Shown here: one piece after another, positions 61,024-64,000 of the stretch
Position numbering within the stretch: the stretch's first letter is position 1
How the letters are laid out: each line of letters opens with the position of its first letter
From: an uncultured delta proteobacterium
GTDB lineage: Bacteria > Myxococcota_A > Polyangia > Polyangiales > Polyangiaceae
Length of the DNA stretch: 64,000 bases
Assembly: GCA_963716725.1 (NCBI GenBank)
Contig: CAVQUB010000002.1
Location: 32,001-96,000, forward strand
Direction of reading: 5' to 3'
Made by a program: the position numbers and the translations under genes
The notes under the pieces: model-generated
What the model saw: the letters and a program-made list of their open reading frames with translations, nothing else
Databases searched by the model: none
What the model was told of the DNA's origin: nothing

Positions 61024-61631
61024 GCCAACCGAATCCGCCATATCGATCGCAGCCGCCCAAGGGCAAGCCGTCCGTCGTCAGGTACAAGGCCGAGCTTCGT
61101 CGAGCCATCCGTCGCAACGCGATGGAACCGGAGATCAACTTCCTGAACATCACGGCGATGCTCGACATCATGACGATCATCTTGGTGTTCTTGCTCAAGA
61201 CCCTGGGTGAATCGAGCGCGGCCATCCCGCAGAGCGACGATCTTCGCTTGCCGGCCTCATCGGTCAAGACCCAGCCCGCGGACGAGGGCGTGGTCGTCAC
61301 TGTTTCGAAGAGTCAGATCCTGGTGGGTGACAACCGCGTGCTGACCCTTCCGAGCCGCGAGAGCATGGCGCAGACCGGGGTCGGCGCCCGTTACAAGCGC
61401 AGCGGTCCGAACGACATGTACATCGTGCCCCTCGGGGAAGCGCTGAAGAGCGCGCGACGTACCGACAAGCTGATCCGGCAGGCCAAGGGGCTCGACCCCG
61501 CGTCATCGGAGGCCATCATCGTGGCCGACCGAACCACGCCCTACCGCATGCTGATCGAGGTGCTGTTCACCCTCGGCCAGAGCGAGTTCGGCAAGTACCA
61601 CCTGATGGTCATTCAGGGCAGCGGCACCTGA
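61020..61631 (+). CDS. ExbD/TolR-family protein
   Basis: LNITAMLDIMTIILVFLLK; LRLP; IVADRTTPYRMLIEVLFT; ATGA overlap with the previous gene. Confidence 0.88.
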   Translation: MSQPNPPYRSQPPKGKPSVVRYKAELRRAIRRNAMEPEINFLNITAMLDIMTIILVFLLKTLGESSAAIPQSDDLRLPASSVKTQPADEGVVVTVSKSQILVGDNRVLTLPSRESMAQTGVGARYKRSGPNDMYIVPLGEALKSARRTDKLIRQAKGLDPASSEAIIVADRTTPYRMLIEVLFTLGQSEFGKYHLMVIQGSGT

Positions 61632-61835
61632 TCCGGGGCCAAAACGCCGTCGGTTGATCCCCCTCGGGACCACGTGCTAGACCCTCCGGAGCAGTCGCTC
61701 CTTGCGGGGGAGCGTCCCGGCAGCAGCCCGCTGCCCCGGAGGCGAACCACCGCGAAGACCGGCGCCGGGATCCCCCGGCCCGGACCCGAACCTGCCGCCG
61801 GCGAGACGCCGCGCGCTGCCTGACCCCCAAGCACC

Positions 61836-63992
61836 GTGACCGAGCTCGGTTTGCTCATATTCCTACACACGAGTGGACTCGTGTTTGCCCTCTTGCTCGC
61901 CCAATGGCTGGGCAAGGGCCATCCACTGGGCGCGGAGCTCCATCGCCTGGGTGGAGCCATCACTCGGGCCGCGGACGCGTTTCTAGCCCAGGAGTTCCGC
62001 GTCGTGGCGCTGGCCGTCGGCGTCCTCGCTCCCGTCGCCTTCGCGCTCTACTCGACTTTGCTCAGCCCAGGTGCTGGCCTCGGCGGGCTCGAGACCGGGT
62101 TCTGGGCCGCCGTGGCGCTGGCGCTGGGAGCGGCCAACGCCTGTCTGGTCGCACGTGTCGCGACGCGTTTGGCATTGCGCGCAAGCCATCACTCCCTGCC
62201 TGCCGCCAGCCACAGCGTCGATCGAGCACTAGTCGTGTCGATGCGCGCGGGAGGCGCCGTCGGCTTGTTCGTCGAGACCATCAGCTTCATCGCCATCAGC
62301 TTGGTATTCGGGTTGTTGTTTGCGATGAAGGGCGGCTTCCGCCTCGCTCCCGCCGAGGCCATCGCACTCGGCCGCGCCGTCGCGCTGCTGCTGCCGGCTC
62401 ACGCCCTGGGCGCCGCGACGGCCGCCCTCGTGCTCCAGCGCGGAGGCGCGACCTATCATACATCCGGAGATTTGGCGGCGGATCTGGCCGGAGAACGCGA
62501 TGCGGGGCTCGACCACGACGACGCGAGAAACCCGGCTGTAATTGCCGATCTCGTGGGCGACCACGTGGGCAAGGCGGCGGGCCGCGCCACCGATCTCTAC
62601 GTCACCGCAACGACGAGCACCGTTGTCGCTCTGCTCATCGGCGCCAGCGTGCTCGACGCCAATCGCGCGCAGGCCACCTTGGCCCTCGCGGCGTTTCCGC
62701 TGGTCGCTCGCGCCTTCGGTGTCGTGGCGACGGGGTTTGGCGTGATGATCGCGCGCACCGACGACTCGGACAGTCCCGCGTCCGCGCTCTGGCGCGGGCA
62801 GCTCACGACGGCGGTGATTTCCCTGGCCGGGCTCCTGGGCGCAGCCCACTGGCTGGTGGCGGAGAGCGGATCGATCCGACTGTTCTGGGCCGGCGCCTTC
62901 GGCCTGCTCGCCGCGTCGATGGCGGCCCACGCAGCGCGGCTGCAAATCGATCGACGGATCGGCCCACTGCGCGAGCTAATCGAGACTCAGCGCGTGGGTG
63001 AGTCCACCGGCCTCACCTTCGGCATGAGCAGCGGGCTCGGCGCGACGGCTTGGCCCCTGGGCGCATTGGCGGTGGCGATCACCGCCGCTTGGGCCGTCGG
63101 CGCGTCGAGCGGTCTGCCCCTCGGGGGTGTGCTCGGAGCGCTGACCGCTCTGATGACGATCTCGGCATCCGCTCCCTATCTTCTCGCGCTCGGCACCTTC
63201 GATGCCGTGGCGGACAGCGCCCGAGGCGTGTCGGCTCTGGTGACTCAAGCCGAAGACGTGCAGCGACGTACGGCGCGGCTCGACGAGACGGGACTGTCCG
63301 CGTCCACCGCGTCCCAAGCCTACCTGATCGTCACCGGAGGGCTGACCGCGGCGCTGGCCGCCAGCGCGCTGCCGATGCTCTTCACGAAGGGCCTAGCGAG
63401 CGTCGACCTACTCTCCCCCGCCGTGGCGATGAGCGGGGCATTGGGGCTGGCGACGGTGCTGGTCTACGCCGGCAGCGCGGCTCGCGCCGGGACCCGCGGC
63501 GCCCGAGGCGTGGCGCAGGAGGTCGAGCGCCAGCTGCGGGGATTCCCTCGCGAACGGGGCCGTCCCCAGATCCCGCCGGACTACACACCGAGCTATCGCA
63601 ACTGCGTCGAGCTCACTGCGCGGGCAGCGCTGCACCGGATGATGGCCCCGGTGGCCGCCGGGCTCGCGGCGCCTTTGGCCCTCGGCGTCGCGCTTCACCT
63701 GATCTTTCGCCACCACTACGCCACGCTGCCAGCCCAAGCGTTGGCCGCCTTCGTGGTGGTCGCCGCTCTCACCGGCATGGCGGCCGCGTTGGCACTGCAC
63801 GCGACCAAGAGCACGCTCTCGGCCGCCCGTCGCTTCGTACGCCGCAGCGGTTCTGCCCGGGATTTCGAGGCGGCCATCGCCAGTGACGCCGTCGCCGACG
63901 TGCTCGGCAACGCCGCCGGTCCGGCGGCCCATCTCCTGACGAAAGCCATCGCGGTCGTCGCGCTGGTCGTCGCTCCCTTCATAGCCCAATGA
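61836..63992 (+). CDS. Membrane-bound pyrophosphatase (HppA) homologue with degenerate catalytic motifs
   Basis: 718 aa polytopic protein with recognisable DDARNPAVIADLVGDHVG, EVERQLR, YRNCVEL and AGPAAHLLTK, but substitutions in several invariant Asp/Lys motifs. Confidence 0.8.
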   Translation: MTELGLLIFLHTSGLVFALLLAQWLGKGHPLGAELHRLGGAITRAADAFLAQEFRVVALAVGVLAPVAFALYSTLLSPGAGLGGLETGFWAAVALALGAANACLVARVATRLALRASHHSLPAASHSVDRALVVSMRAGGAVGLFVETISFIAISLVFGLLFAMKGGFRLAPAEAIALGRAVALLLPAHALGAATAALVLQRGGATYHTSGDLAADLAGERDAGLDHDDARNPAVIADLVGDHVGKAAGRATDLYVTATTSTVVALLIGASVLDANRAQATLALAAFPLVARAFGVVATGFGVMIARTDDSDSPASALWRGQLTTAVISLAGLLGAAHWLVAESGSIRLFWAGAFGLLAASMAAHAARLQIDRRIGPLRELIETQRVGESTGLTFGMSSGLGATAWPLGALAVAITAAWAVGASSGLPLGGVLGALTALMTISASAPYLLALGTFDAVADSARGVSALVTQAEDVQRRTARLDETGLSASTASQAYLIVTGGLTAALAASALPMLFTKGLASVDLLSPAVAMSGALGLATVLVYAGSAARAGTRGARGVAQEVERQLRGFPRERGRPQIPPDYTPSYRNCVELTARAALHRMMAPVAAGLAAPLALGVALHLIFRHHYATLPAQALAAFVVVAALTGMAAALALHATKSTLSAARRFVRRSGSARDFEAAIASDAVADVLGNAAGPAAHLLTKAIAVVALVVAPFIAQ

Positions 63993-64000
63993 CACCTGAC

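Overview
High-GC bacterial chromosomal segment, inferred to be Myxococcota (probably Polyangia/Sorangiineae-like) from its eukaryote-like Ser/Thr kinases, GltJ/AgmX-like and AglRQS-like gliding genes and many Cys/Gly-rich lipoproteins. About 50 genes plus RNase P RNA (rnpB). Main blocks: (1) an orphan radical-SAM pair, a SPASM enzyme and a B12-radical SAM enzyme fused to a protein-L-isoaspartyl methyltransferase (PIMT) domain; (2) erpA, an RpoH-type sigma factor, rnpB, a gltJ-like gene, regulators, queA-tgt and korAB; (3) a ~10 kb accessory stretch of small secreted proteins and gene remnants, several behind sigma54-type promoters placed only 12-13 nt before an ATG; (4) ethylmalonyl-CoA pathway core genes (meaB, ecm, ccr, mcd, mch) split by clpS-clpA; (5) 5-oxoprolinase, an orphan ABC ATPase and a cyanophycin cluster (iadA-cphB-cphA plus a CphA paralogue lacking the ATP-grasp domain); (6) two divergent TolQ-TolR-TolR motor operons followed by a full-length membrane pyrophosphatase homologue that has lost key catalytic residues. 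Several genes carry single-base frameshifts or an in-frame stop. These may be assembly errors and cannot be resolved without reads. No tRNA, rRNA, CRISPR array or transposase was recognised. All family calls come from motif recognition by eye, not database searches.
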